A stretch of DNA of 64,000 bases from the human T2T-CHM13v2.0 reference genome, Homo sapiens, in assembly GCF_009914755.1 (NCBI RefSeq), contig NC_060936.1; one strand, 5' to 3'. Positions 14,652 to 30,740 of this stretch are shown here, one piece after another. The notes beneath the pieces are model-generated. The model was not told where the DNA came from. It saw nothing but the letters and a program-made list of their open reading frames with translations, and ran no database searches. The position numbers and the translations under genes are program-made. How positions within the stretch are numbered: position 1 is the stretch's first letter; every line of letters starts with the position of its first letter.

Positions 14652-14989
14652 CAGTCGCCCTCTGTATTTGTGGGTTCTGTATCCGTGGATTCAACCAACC
14701 ATGAATCGAAAACATTTGGAAAAAATTGCATCTGTACTAGACATGTATAATTTTTCTTGTCATTATTCCATAAACAATACAGTGGGACAATTATTTACAT
14801 AGCATCTACTTTGTATTCATTATTATAAGTTATCTACGGATGATTTAAAGTATACAGGAGAATATGCACAGGTTATATACAAATATTACCCGTTTTATAT
14901 AAGGGACTTGAACATCTTCAGATTTTGATATCCACGGGAGGTCCTGAAACCAATCCCCTATGAATACAAGGGACAACAAGGGACAATTG
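14652..14989. mobile_element. MER2 (TcMar-Tigger) MITE
   Basis: cagtcgccctctgtatttgtgggttctgtatccgtggattcaaccaacc...gaaaccaatcccc...agggacaattg|ta. Confidence 0.8.
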
Positions 14990-15681
14990 TATATGTAAAG
15001 CATTTATTAATGCATCTATTAATATTATATCCTCAGGATTTAGAGTCCTCAGTGTATAACAGACAATTAAATACAGTTTAAAGCTGAATTTGGAGATCCT
15101 ATGAACAGATAAGACACCAGAGCAGAGGTCGGGCAATGATGAAACAAGAACCTGGTTCCTAGAACTGAGAAATAAAGCAGGTACTTGGTTCCAAAGAGCA
15201 AGGAAGGGTCCCACCTCTTTGGACTGGATCATAAGGTAACCTCAAGTTACCTGGAGCCAGGCTATAAACCCAGAGCTACCAGACAGACCTGACCCAGACA
15301 CTGGCAGAGAAAGCTAAACAAAGGAATGTCAATGAATAGAGGGCTAAATAACTCCTACCACAGGGAGAAGAAGCAGTGAGCCAGGCAGGATATCAGAGGT
15401 GGGCAATAATATCTAATTGACAAAGGGTTTTAAAGCAAACCATTGTTTTAGTTAAAAAGATCCAGCCATCACTAAGCTGAAATCATTAAGTATTTCTAAG
15501 TCCTTTTATTTAAGACAGAGGATGGAGAAATGAATTCTATCAAGAAGTGTTATAAACTAATTTTCCCCTTGGATTTTGCTAGGTTCTGAAAGCTTTATTT
15601 TTATTCATCCTTCATTCTGCTTTAATACTAAACTTAAAAGCATTGTTTGATTTTTAAATTTTAAAGATAAAGGGATAATTA

Positions 15682-16600
<919 letters not shown>

Positions 16601-17214
16601 GTTTGATTTTGAATAATTCTTATAAAACACAGTCCAGAACATTTTCTACAGGATAAAACATCCCACATTTTTCATTCACCACTCAGTAGCTTCCTTTCGA
16701 CCACTGAGGAAACTGTCTTCTTCCCAGCCATGAGTATCACTGCTTTTCCATATGCACCCCTGCGTACAGTTAGACCCTGATCACGCCAGTTCTTCCCCAC
16801 ATCCATAGTTTTGTTTATGCCATTTGCCACCTGAGATGTTTACCTTTTATTACTGAAATCTTATGCAAACCGCACTATCAAAATCTTTTCATTCTGCAAG
16901 ACTTCCTTCTGGTCACCAAAAAAGACAAGTCAGTGAAAGGTGTTGACAGAGGAGGCCAACAAAACAGGCTCAGGCATTGGGCACAGCCCGTTGCTTTCTG
17001 TGCTATCCATCTGGGATCCCATGTGCCACGTGGTGGGGGAAGCTAATGAGGGGTCCAGGAGAGCAGGCCAAAGTCCTAGCAGAGCAGGTCTTCCCCACCC
17101 CCACCCCTCGTTTTATAAAAGGTGACTATACCTCAAAGTAACTAGAACTGGTTGCAAAGAGTAAAACGAATTCTTATTATTTGGGGTTGTCTGGGATACA
17201 GAAAGCTTTTCCTT

Positions 17215-17510
17215 TGATGCAAGTTTGGGCCAGTTTTTGGTGCTACTCAAGACTTCTCTCTGCCTCCAAGTTTTTTACATCTGAATATATACATATGTAC
17301 ATATGGCTTTGGCATGGCCGAGAAAAAGAATCGATAAGCAAATTCTTTTATGTACTTCCTATAAAAGATACGATACATAAGACAGTTTTTATTTTTTTTT
17401 TCTCTCTCTCTCTCTTCCCTAAACAGTCCCGAGGCCCCCTGGGTGCTGAAGGCAGCACCGCAGTGCAACGTGTCCTCTCTCGGTTCCATTTCTGGAGGAG
17501 CTGATGCAAT
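17215..17510. promoter_or_regulatory. Two C/EBP-ATF response elements (CARE/AARE): TGATGCAAG at 17215-17223 and TGATGCAAT at 17502-17510, in ALDH1L2 intron 1
   Basis: Match the ATF4-C/EBP consensus TGATGNAAN; ALDH1L2 is a known ATF4/ISR-induced gene. Confidence 0.65.
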
Positions 17511-18059
17511 TCCAAGGCGCGGGGCTGGGCCAGAGCTCGGTTCTTGTGCTACAGTAGAATAGTGTTCCAGCGTGGCTGCCTCTGCAGCGCCTGGCAATTC
17601 TAGAAATTTTGCCATCTGCAGCTCAGCTCAGGAATACTGAGCTTGCAGCCATCAGCTTTGAGTGCCATTATCTGAACCGGCCCTGCGTGCCAGTCTCGAG
17701 CGCTTACACCTCCCAGGCCGCCAACGAGGACCCTATTGACTTGATACTCCCCTCCTCCAGGAGACAGTCTCGGTCCCATATGGCTCCAGCTCTTGACCAG
17801 GGATCTCATGATTGAAGTGAAAAAGGAAAGGAAGCAGACTCTGTCCTCCTTACCAAGTGACTGTTCCCACCTTGCCATCCCAGCCAGACTTGACACGTCC
17901 AAAAACTGCATCCTCAGCCCCCTCCCGGCAGAAGACAATGGCTTGCGTGCCAGTTCCCATCCGGGACCCTCCCCAAGCCCTCCTCTGAGGTCTCTCTGTT
18001 TTTGTTTGTTTGTTTGTTTGTTTTAAACGCTGTCTTGGTGTTTAGCAAAGTCTAAGCAT

Positions 18060-18620
18060 CGCTGCTCATCCCCAGCCCCACCGCCCCGGCCCTCCCGCCC
18101 CGGAGTCTGGAAACCAGGACAGGGTGACAGCCGGGACGCTCGCCCGGGCCGGACTCACCCGGCCAGTGGAGAAGCGCCGGAGCGCCTGGCTGCCCCGCCG
18201 CAGCATGCTGGAGAGGAGCGCTAGCACTGGCGACGCGGCAGCGCGGGAGGCAGGCGGGCGGCGCAGCCTGGGCGCGGCCTGGGCGCGGCCTGCAGTCTGG
18301 ATGCCCCGGACTGCCTGGTTCGCGGCTCGCCGCTCTCGGCCTCTGCTAGTCCGCACCCCTCCCAAAGCCCACAGCCCGCGGCCCGCCCCACCCTACCAGC
18401 TGCAAGGCCCCGCCCCCTAGCTGTCAAGACCCCGCCCCCAGCTGGAAGGCCCCGCCCCGCCAGCTGGCTGCGTTCGGACAGCCAACCTGGTGCGACCCGG
18501 CGGAGCGCGTGGGCTTCCTGGAGCCTGTGGGCCCTGACCCTGGTGCCAAGAGCGCACCCAGTCCCAGGGACCGCGCCTCTCCGCTGCCTGGACTTTCCGC
18601 CAATTCCAGCCAAGGTCCAG
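18060..18620 (-). promoter_or_regulatory. ALDH1L2: ALDH1L2 CpG-island promoter with clustered GC boxes
   Basis: High GC/CpG content; several CCCGCCCC motifs at ~18383-18460 upstream of exon 1. Confidence 0.85.
18159..18206 (-). CDS. ALDH1L2: ALDH1L2 coding exon 1 (48 nt, MLRRGSQALRRFSTGR; mitochondrial targeting presequence)
   Basis: ATG at 18206-18204 (AGC ATG C); donor CGG|gtgagt; Arg-rich, no acidic residues. Confidence 0.97.
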
Positions 18621-18816
18621 GTGCTTTCTAACTGTGGGACCCTCTACCAGTTACTCAGCCCCGCAGCAGTGTATACGGATCTACCTTATTAGTGGTCAAT
18701 CTGACATCCCAAGTGCTGTCCATAGCACAGCCCGTAAAAGGCACGCCTGTAGACAGATACGTAGTGGGGGCGCCTTCGCTGTGGAGGGTTCCTGATGCCT
18801 ACCTCGTAGGACGGTA

Positions 18817-19133
18817 GGCCGGGCGCGGTGGCTCCCGCCTGTAATCCCAGCACTTTGGGAGGCCGAGGAGGGAAGATGGCCTGAGCTCAGGAGTTCGAGA
18901 CCAGCCTGGCCACCATGGTGAAACCCCGTCTCTACTAAAAATAAAAAATAATAAAATAATAAAATAATTAGCCGGGCGTGATGTCGCATGCCTGCAGTCC
19001 CAGCTACTCGGGAGGCTGAAGCACGAGGATCACTTGAGCCGGGGAGGCGGAGGTTGCAGTGGAGCTGAGATCATGCCACTGCACTTCAGCCTGGGCAACA
19101 GAGCGAGACTCTGTCTTAAAAATAAATAAATAA
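18817..19133 (+). mobile_element. Alu (old, CpG-retaining) just upstream of the ALDH1L2 promoter
   Basis: Full dimer with (TAAA)n tail. Confidence 0.88.
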
Positions 19134-19134
19134 A

Positions 19135-19210
19135 TTGGTGCAAAAGTAATTGTGGTTTTTGCCACTGAAAATAATGGCAAACCCGCAATTACTTTTGCAT
19201 CAACCTAATA
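19135..19210. mobile_element. MADE1 (Hsmar1 MITE)
   Basis: ttggtgcaaaagtaattg...caattacttttgcatcaacctaata, a near-perfect inverted repeat. Confidence 0.88.
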
Positions 19211-19840
19211 GATACGTGCCCTTCTCCCTCACCTCTCTGGAAAAAACGCTCAGACCTGCTTTAGCTGGACGTTTATCTCAAGCCAGACTTCTTAGCCCAG
19301 CATTCAGGGCCGTCTGCAATTTGCCATTTTCTCTTATTTCTCACTGCTCTTTTGCATATGTAATTCTGCTTGACTGCAGTTCTTGCCTATTCCTTCTTGG
19401 ACAATGTTTCCCAGAAAAGCTTGTCATCTGTCACTTGTAATTATCTTGGCACGACCGTTTCTTTTCTGAAAGGTACCGCTTACATGCTGCCTCCTGGAGG
19501 CGCTTTTTTCTGATTCTTTTCTCTCTTAGTCTCCTTATTCCCCATAAATAATTATTCACTCCTCTTAACAGGAAATAATCTTTGTCTATGCATCTGTTAT
19601 GGCTGTCTCAATCTGCTACTGGTATTTGTATACCTATTAACGTCTCTGTTGGAAGCTCCTTGCAAGCTAAGTCCATGTCTGATTAATCATGATTTACAGT
19701 ATCTAGCACTAACCAGAGCTTTAAAAAAATAATAATAAAATAAAAAATAACTTGTTAAAAAAAAACTTGTTGAAACGGATGAATGTGTTTAAGAGAGTAA
19801 GGAGACAAAAAAGAACCATCATTAAAACTTGGAGAATTGC

Positions 19841-20255
<415 letters not shown>

Positions 20256-20748
20256 TCACTTTATTTATTCTGATCTGTGTATACTAGAAGGGTGCATAAG
20301 GAGTGTTTTTTTTTTTGTTTTTTTTTTTTTTCCTGAATGAGGTTCCATAGTTATATATTACTATTCCCAAGTTTAGGAAATGTAGAATTTATGTTCACTC
20401 AAATATAATGAAATATTCATTGTGTTTACTTTTTCCCTGGAAGAATCAAAAGTATAGTTTCCTTGATAACTGGAAATTAGATCAGATGCAATTAGAGTTT
20501 GACAAAGAGACCAACCCCTGCCAATCTATTTCTATACCCAGCAAAAATACTCCTTAAAAATAGAGATAAGACAAAGCCATTTTTAGAAACAAAAACTTGA
20601 GAGAATTTGTCATCGGCAGACAGACAATAAAGGAAATATGAAAGAGTATCCTTCCAGCAGGAAAAAAAAATTTACCCACATGGAAACCTAGAAATGCAAG
20701 AAGCCCAACAAAAAAGGCAAAGACGTGAGCAAATTTAAAGTGAACATT

Positions 20749-21036
20749 GGACTGGACGTGGTGGCTCACGCTTGTATTCCCAGCACTTTGGGAAGATGAG
20801 GTGGGCAGAGTTCGAGACCAGCCTGGGCAACATGGTGAAACACTGTTTCTACAAAAAAATACAAAAATTATACAAAAATTAGCCAGGCATGGTCACGTGC
20901 CTCTAGTCCCAGCTTCTCGGAAGGCTGAGTAAGGAGGATCGCTTGAGCTGGCAGATTGAGGTTTCAGTGAGCTGTGGTTGTGCCACTGCACTCCAGCTGG
21001 GTGACAGGGTGAGACCCTGTCTCAAGAAAAAAAAAA
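20749..21036 (+). mobile_element. AluJ inserted in an old L1M fragment (~20480-21300)
   Basis: TSD aaagtgaacatt. Confidence 0.8.
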
Positions 21037-21542
21037 GTGAACATTGACCACATGAACAATAATAAATTATTATAATTAATATAATAAAGTATTATGTTTA
21101 TATATGTATACATGAAAATACACAAATATCCAAACAACAATAGAAAATTGTTGGATAAGTTTGTAGGAAAGAAAATAATCCCAGATGGAAACTCACAGAT
21201 GAAAGAATGAATAGTAATGTAAAGGATTAATATGAGGGCAAATTTAAGTTAATATTAATTGTATAGAACAATAATAATAATGTTTTATGGAGTTCAAATA
21301 TATATATGCATGTGCATAGACTATTTAATTCACTTTGTGCCATTTTTGTAAATACAATCATTTGAATAACTTTTTGTAAGTGTCTGGATTAATTTCACGC
21401 TTTAGAAAGTACATAGATGATGTGCCAAGTTGAAACCCAAGAATTCCCACACAAAACTCTGTATGAAAGTTAGAGTTCTATGTAAAGCTTGCATAGTAGG
21501 AGTGGCTATGGTCTTGGGTTTACAGAATACTAAATTGGAATC

Positions 21543-21834
21543 TTTTTTATTTTTTATTTTTTGGAATTGGTGTCCCTGGAATGCAGTGGTGGGATCACAG
21601 CTCACTGCAGCCTTGACCTTCCCTGGCTCAGGTGGTCCTTCTACATCAGCCTCCTGGGTAGCTGGAATTCCAGGCACACACCACCATGCTCGGCTAATTT
21701 TTTTTGTATTTTTTTGTAGAGAAGGGGTTTTGCCATGTTGCCCAGCCTGGTCTCGAATTTCTGGCCTCAAGTGATCTGCCCACCTCCACCTCCCAAAGTG
21801 CTAGTATTACAGGCGTGAGCCACTGCACTTGGCC
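21543..21834 (-). mobile_element. AluJ
   Basis: TSD taaattggaatct. Confidence 0.82.
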
Positions 21835-22224
21835 CTAAATTGGAATCTACTCATTCTGCCATAGATAAATGTTTTGTTTAGTGACTAATATCTGTGACAT
21901 TAGGGGCCTTGTGCAAATATAATACGTTGATCAGGGATCTGTTTTGTCCTAGACACAACGTTCACTCAGAATTTTATGAAATTGCAAGTCATATAATTTA
22001 TAAACTTCTAAAAATGTGTGTAGAACATTTTTACTTCCACAGTCAACTTCAAGGATTTTAGAACAAAATTCTACGGGTTTCCATGCCCTCTTCTTGTTTG
22101 GTTGCTTTTTGACTGAAATTAACATGTAGCCATATTGACTATTTGGAAACATTGCTGTTTCTCTCTATATTTTTAAATTGTGCTCTGCTGAATACTCTGT
22201 TTTACCATATATAAGAGTGATGTG

Positions 22225-22545
<321 letters not shown>

Positions 22546-22565
22546 GAGATGTTTTCTTTATAAAT

Positions 22566-23141
<576 letters not shown>

Positions 23142-24088
23142 TAAATCTCACTTTTTTTAAGCACTCTTGACCTTGTATTAAACAATTTTTAATTAAAACA
23201 ATTATTAATGCTTAATTATTGTTTAAGCAAAAATAATTTTATGATAAAAACAAACACTTGAGAGCACCAGCCCAGCAATGTGTAACAGGAAGAACTGAAT
23301 TCTGGTAAACAATTTTAATGATGAATTAAGTGAATTAAACTTGATACAAATATATTATGTAATATAAATACTGTATGGAATTTGCCCCTGGTAAATAATT
23401 AGGTCTTTTACTTCTGTAATTGTCACTTTAATATTCATTTCCTTTTTTTCCTGTGGTTAATCTCATTAAATAAATGAATTTTAATAAAGTTCTCTTGGGA
23501 CAAATTTACAAGGATGCATCATAACAATGAGGATCAAGAGCCTAAAATAAACTTTTTAAAGTTTTTCCTCATCTTTCACTTGCAGAAAGCCTCCCACCTT
23601 TTGAACCAGGCATCCCTTTGGATCTTGTTTGCATCAGTATAAGCACTACCCTGTGACCCAAAATTATAGTGGCAACCTTGAGCATATTCACTGACAGATC
23701 TTCAGCTGTGGGGTGAAAACTGATGGCTTCAGCTGCTGTGCTCCTTGCATCCAGCTCTGCATACACATTGAGTCTATGCTTCTCATGGGTGCTGCCAAGC
23801 AGTGACTGGGAGTGGCAGAAATGCTATGGTAGGTCATTTCGGGGAAGACGCAGATCACTTCTGACAGGGTGACTCCTCACTGGCCTGTTGAACTTTCTTT
23901 GACTTTCATAGCAGTCTAAACCTCTTCTTTAGCCTGCTTTCCTTCACAAAAGGTCAGACCTGCACTGTGGCCTGATAGTTCTCCCAACCTCCCCTCCCAG
24001 CCTCCTCACTTCCCCTCACCGCTGTTTTCCACTAATAAATCCCTTGCATGTCTAATTTCATGTTGGCATTTTAGGAAACCTGTAATAA

Positions 24089-24716
24089 TGTTATAGGAGT
24101 TATTAAGAAATTATTTTAGGCAGATAGAGAGGAAAAGGGGTCCTTGGAAAGTTTTTGTCTCTTTTAAAGCAGCTCCAGAAAAGGAAAGCCCCAGCTCTTA
24201 GAGCCAGGCCGGCAAACTTTGATATGCAAATGCAAGCCATTAGAAACCAGGTCCACCCAAACATGGCAATTCCCACCTTTGCCCTCTTGCCCTTGCCCCC
24301 ACATGTGCCTGGCAACATGGCCGCCCCCACATATCCCCACGTGTGTAGAACATCATGGTGCCCTGTATTTGCATATTAAAAGGCTAGGGTGGGAGGACCA
24401 GTTTTTTTTCACAGGTTATGTGAGTGACATGCCTGCTCAAACCAATTCCCTGAGCCCTATACAAATCAGGTACCACCTCCTCCAGCCTCCTCATATAAGC
24501 AGTTACATTTCCACGGCACTCAGGGTTTCCTCTCACGGCTTTGGAGCGCCCCCCTCCCTCTGTCTCTGTTCAGGGGAGGTTCTTCTTTCTTCTCCCTTCT
24601 TTCTTGCCTATTAAAGTCTCCACTCCTTAAAACTACTCCACGTGTGTCCGTGTCGTTTTATCCAATTCGGCGTGAGACAAGAGCCCTGGTGTTCTTCACT
24701 CATCAGAGCCATATTA
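24089..24716 (+). mobile_element. Solo ERV1 LTR (MER61-like)
   Basis: Starts TGTTATAGGAGTTATTAAGAAATTATTTTAGGCAGATAG; CCAAT, TATA-like and ATTAAA signals; ends catcagagccatatta. Confidence 0.75.
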
Positions 24717-24890
24717 ATGTATATCATGAAAAACATCCACGAAACCAAAAGTTGGTTCTTTGAAAAGGCTTATAAAATTGGTACACATTTGGTGAGATTA
24801 ATAAAGAAAAAATAAAGAGAAATAACAAATATCAACAACAGAGAATTGGACAGTAGTACAGATCACATAGACATTAAAAACATAAAAAGA

Positions 24891-25192
24891 GGCTGGGTGC
24901 AGTGGCTCACATCTGTAATCTCAGCACTTTGGGAAGCTGAGGTGGGAGGCTTTCCTGAAGCTAGGAGTTTGACACCAGCCTGGGCAACATAGAGAGACCT
25001 GGTATCTATTAATTTTTTTTTTTAATTAGCCAAGTGTCACGGCACACACCTGCAGTCATATCTACTTGGGAGGCTGAGTTGGGAGGATTGCTTGAGCCCA
25101 GAAGTTACAGTGAGCCATGATCATGCTGCTGCACTCTAGCCTGGGCAGCAAAGGGAGACCCTGTCATTAAAAAAAAAAAAAAAAAAAAAAAA
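24891..25192 (+). mobile_element. AluJ within L1M sequence
   Basis: Dimer with long poly(A). Confidence 0.85.
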
Positions 25193-25199
25193 GCATAAG

Positions 25200-25991
25200 A
25201 GACTTCTCTTTCAGCTATGACAAAGTCCTTTGCAGCAGATTAATACTCATATGAAGAACAACTAGTACATCTAGCTAAAATTTTTTGGCATATCTACTTG
25301 AAGGCATCAGAAAGCTGAAATGGCAGTCAAGACTCTATGTACCGATGTCCCAGAGGAAAAAGCAGCTCACTAAGTTGAATCCAATATTTTGCATTCTGCT
25401 TTCCTCTTCAGCATTTACAAATGCTTGGTTTGGGGTGAGAAGCCAGGCATAAAGAAGATGCTAGAGACACCAGCAGTTTTCAGCAATCTAACGGGATGGA
25501 GAAGATAAAAACTGGAGTTTGAGCTGCCAGGAATTTAGGAGCCAAGATCTTGGAGATAAGAGATGTAGAAGTGTACTCAGTTCATGATAACTGTTTTTAG
25601 CTAGAAGTACTTGCTGATTCTAGAGGTGCATGGGATTAGAGGCTATTAAACCAAGCAGAAATGACCGAAAAGCACAGCAGAGTTTTCTGTACCATGAAAT
25701 TGGAATTCAGCATCTGCCAAGAAGGAAGAAGTCCAGTAAACACCACAAGCTCTCAGCTGATACTCTTCAATGACATTACCCTAGGAAAGGGTGCAAACTA
25801 GAGATAGTACAACTATTGTAAGACTGCAGCCTAGCCTCACATGCTCTCAGCCCTGATTGGAATGAGCTGATCTGCCTGACTTTAGTTGCCTGCCAAAGAA
25901 TAGGATCAATCCTCTCTGGAGAAAAATAACATCATCCAGAAAGCCTGCAATTGTTCATTCACTCTCCTGCATTCAATTATAACTGACCAGG
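25200..25991 (+). mobile_element. Old L1M 5'/ORF1-region fragment
   Basis: Similar to 36290-36890 (cctctctggagaaaaataacatcatccaga vs cccctctgaagaaagatgacatcattcaga). Confidence 0.5.
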
Positions 25992-26605
25992 TAATACAGG
26001 AGTTATTAAGAAATAATTCTTAGGCAACTAGAAAGGGTGAAAGTTCTCAGTGGAATTTTCCTTTAATAAAAAGCGGCCCCAAGCCACTTCTTCTTTAACA
26101 GAAAGCAGCCTGAGAAGCTTTTATATGTAAATGTCGGCAGCTGTACCTGAAACCCGGGTACATTCAATATGGGGTCTCCCGCCCTCTTTTCCTTATGACC
26201 GCCTTTGCTGGCATTAAAGCAGCCTTCAGGTAAAACCACGTATACAGGTATGATGGCTGCCGCCAGGAGGAGGCTGCATTTGCATAAAAAAAGACTAGGA
26301 TGGGAGGGACAGTCTTTTCGCTGGCTACGTAAATGACACACCTGGTCAAACCAATCTCCTGTGCCCGATGTAAATCAATCACCGCCTCCTCAAGCCTCCG
26401 TACAAAACAGATTGCGTTCTGCCCCAAACTGGAGTCCCTTTGGGGCAATCCGCTTTCTCAGCATGAGGAAGCCTTCTTTCTCTCTCTTCTTGTCTATTAA
26501 ACTTTCCGCTCCTAAACCCACTCCTTGTGTGTGTCCATGTTTTGAATTCTTTCTCGGCTGTGACAAAGAACCAGGGGATATACTCCAGACAATGGAGCCA
26601 TTTCA
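25992..26605 (+). mobile_element. Solo ERV1 LTR (MER61-like, different variant)
   Basis: Starts TAATACAGGAGTTATTAAGAAAT, ends GAGCCATTTCA; 5-bp TSD CCAGG/CCGGG. Confidence 0.75.
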
Positions 26606-26915
26606 CCGGGACATCAAGAAAAATGAGCAAAAGAAATAAACAGTGCCACATGAACAGTGCTAAACTAGGTAGAAATAACCACTCTCATTTTCATGTTATC
26701 ACCAGTAATCTGTGCAATAATGCGATAATATGTTGCTCCATGCCTGACTCCACCAAGCTGTGTGTCAAATTTAAGGACAATTGTTCACTAAGTAATGTTT
26801 GAGCATTTGTCATGTGCTGGGCACTGTAGTAGATGCTAGATGTAGAGAGATGAACAAGGCAGATGCTTTGTCATGATGTGAGCCTGAAGCTGCCGAGGAA
26901 TACCATAGGAACCTA

Positions 26916-27300
<385 letters not shown>

Positions 27301-27369
27301 AATTCAAACAGTGGGCATCATTTGAATTCTGAAGCCAGATGCACACAAAGGCCAACCCCACACTAGATG

Positions 27370-28512
<1,143 letters not shown>

Positions 28513-28631
28513 CTCCAGCTTTCTTATGATTAGAGTTATCATGGTATATCATTCCCTATCCCTTTGTTGCATAAAATCTGTGTCTTTATATTTAAAGCAT
28601 ATTGCTGGATCTTCTTTTTTCACCCAGTCTA

Positions 28632-29015
<384 letters not shown>

Positions 29016-29017
29016 TT

Positions 29018-29958
29018 TATTGGTAGAACTGTGATGATGACCCCGAGCCACAAAATTGGCAAGTTTTTATCAGGGATTTTAAAAGGGGAGGGGGTGTATG
29101 AACAGGGAGTAGGTCACAAGGATCACATGCTTCAAAGGGCAATAAGATCACAAGGCAAAGGCAAAATTAGAATTACTGATGAGGGTCTATGTCCTGCTGT
29201 GCATGTATTGTCTTGATAAACATCTTAACAGGAAACAGGGTTCGAGAGCAGAGAACTGGTCTGACTAGAATTTGCCAGGCTGGAATTTCCCAATTCTTTA
29301 TGCCTCAGTAAGCCTGAGGGTACTGCAGGACACCAGGGTGTATTTCAGTCCTTATTGAACGACACTCCCAGAGCGGCCGTTTATAGACCTCCCCCCAGGA
29401 ATGCATTCCTTCCCCACCGTATCAATTATTAATATTCCTTGCTGGGAAAAAAATTCAGTGATATCTCTCCTACTCACATGTCTGTTTATAGGCTCTCTGC
29501 AAGAAGAAAAATATGGCTCTATTCTGCCCAACCCCACAGGCAGTCAGAACCTTATGGTTGTCTTCCCTTGTTCCCTTAAAATTGCTGTTATTCTGTTCTT
29601 TTTCAGGGTGCACTGATTTCATACTGTTCAAACACACATGTTTTACAATCAATTTGTACAATAGTGGTCCTGAGGTGATGCACATTCTCAGCTTATGAAG
29701 ATAATGGGATTAAGAGATTAAAGACAGACATAAGAAATTATAAGAGTATTATTAGGAAAGTGATAAATGTCCATGAAATCTTCACAATTTATGTTCAGAG
29801 ATTGCAGTAAAGACAGGCATAAGAAATTATAAAACTATTAATTCTAATACTTTTATAGTATTAGAACTAATAAATGTCCATGAAATCTTTACAATTTATG
29901 TTCTTCTGCCTTGGCTCCAGCCGGTCCCTCCGTTTGGGGTCCCTGACTTCCTGCAACA
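29018..29958 (-). mobile_element. MER11 LTR (HERV-K/HML-8 solo LTR), apparently 3'-truncated
   Basis: Minus strand starts TGTTGCAGGAAGTCAGGGACCCCAAACGGAGGGACCGGCTGGAGCC; internal ~90-bp tandem duplication at 29720-29903. Confidence 0.88.
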
Positions 29959-29989
29959 GTTTTTAGCCATCTTAACATGATGTGAGTAT

Positions 29990-29990
<1 letters not shown>

Positions 29991-30038
<48 letters not shown>
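29991..30038. repeat. (GT)24 microsatellite
   Basis: Direct read. Confidence 0.95.
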
Positions 30039-30039
<1 letters not shown>

Positions 30040-30423
30040 TTGCTTGGGGTTATTGAGAGTTTAAGATATATAAGTTTATTATTTGCTTCATATGTGCCAA
30101 CATTTTGGTCATTGTTTCTTAAACATTTTCCTGTCCTTCCTTTTCTGGGTCCTCAACTATATGTACATTATAGCACTTGATATTGTCCCAAAGTTATCTG
30201 AGATTTTCTTAATTTCTTTCTTTTTTTTCTCTCTCTTGAGTTTAGATTGTTCCTATTGGTATTTCTTCACATTTATTGACAGTTTCTTCCTTGTGCCTAC
30301 TCTGCTATTAATCTCATTCCATAAATCTTTCATTATCATTTCTAAAAGTTTTGTTTGGCTCTTTTTTTTTTTTTGGCTCTTTTTTATATCTTACATTTCT
30401 TTCCTCATTGTGTTCATATTTAC

Positions 30424-30714
30424 TTTTCTTTTTTGAGATGGAGTCTTGCTCTCTTGCCCAGACTGGAGTGTAATGGCACGATCTCGGCTCACAGCAACCT
30501 CTATCTCCCAGGTTAAGTGATTCTCCCTCCTTAGCCTCCTGAATAGCTGGGGTTACAGGCACCTGCCATCGTGCCCAGCTAATTTTTGTATTTTTGTAGA
30601 CATGGGGTTTCACCATGTTGGCCAGGCTGGTCTTGAACTCCTGACCTCAGCTGATCGGTCTGCCTCGGCCTCCCAAAGCATTGGGATTACAGGTGTGAGC
30701 CACCATACTCAGCC
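30424..30714 (-). mobile_element. AluS
   Basis: Antisense dimer. Confidence 0.88.
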
Positions 30715-30740
30715 CATGTTTTCCTTTAAGAACTAAAACA

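Noticed and set aside
17428-17470. CTCF- or REST-like motifs in ALDH1L2 intron 1
   Set aside because: Too many mismatches to the consensus to call from sequence.
18066-18613. Several 98-130 aa ORFs at the ALDH1L2 promoter
   Set aside because: These reflect stop-codon scarcity in the CpG island; only the 16 codons of exon 1 are supported.
24290-24435. p53 response element in the MER61-like LTR
   Set aside because: Only imperfect isolated half-sites (e.g. TGACATGCCT) are visible; there is no full RRRCWWGYYY dimer.
24089-26605. The two MER61-like LTRs as ends of a single provirus
   Set aside because: They are too diverged from each other, the interval holds L1 and Alu rather than gag/pol, and the second LTR has its own TSD.
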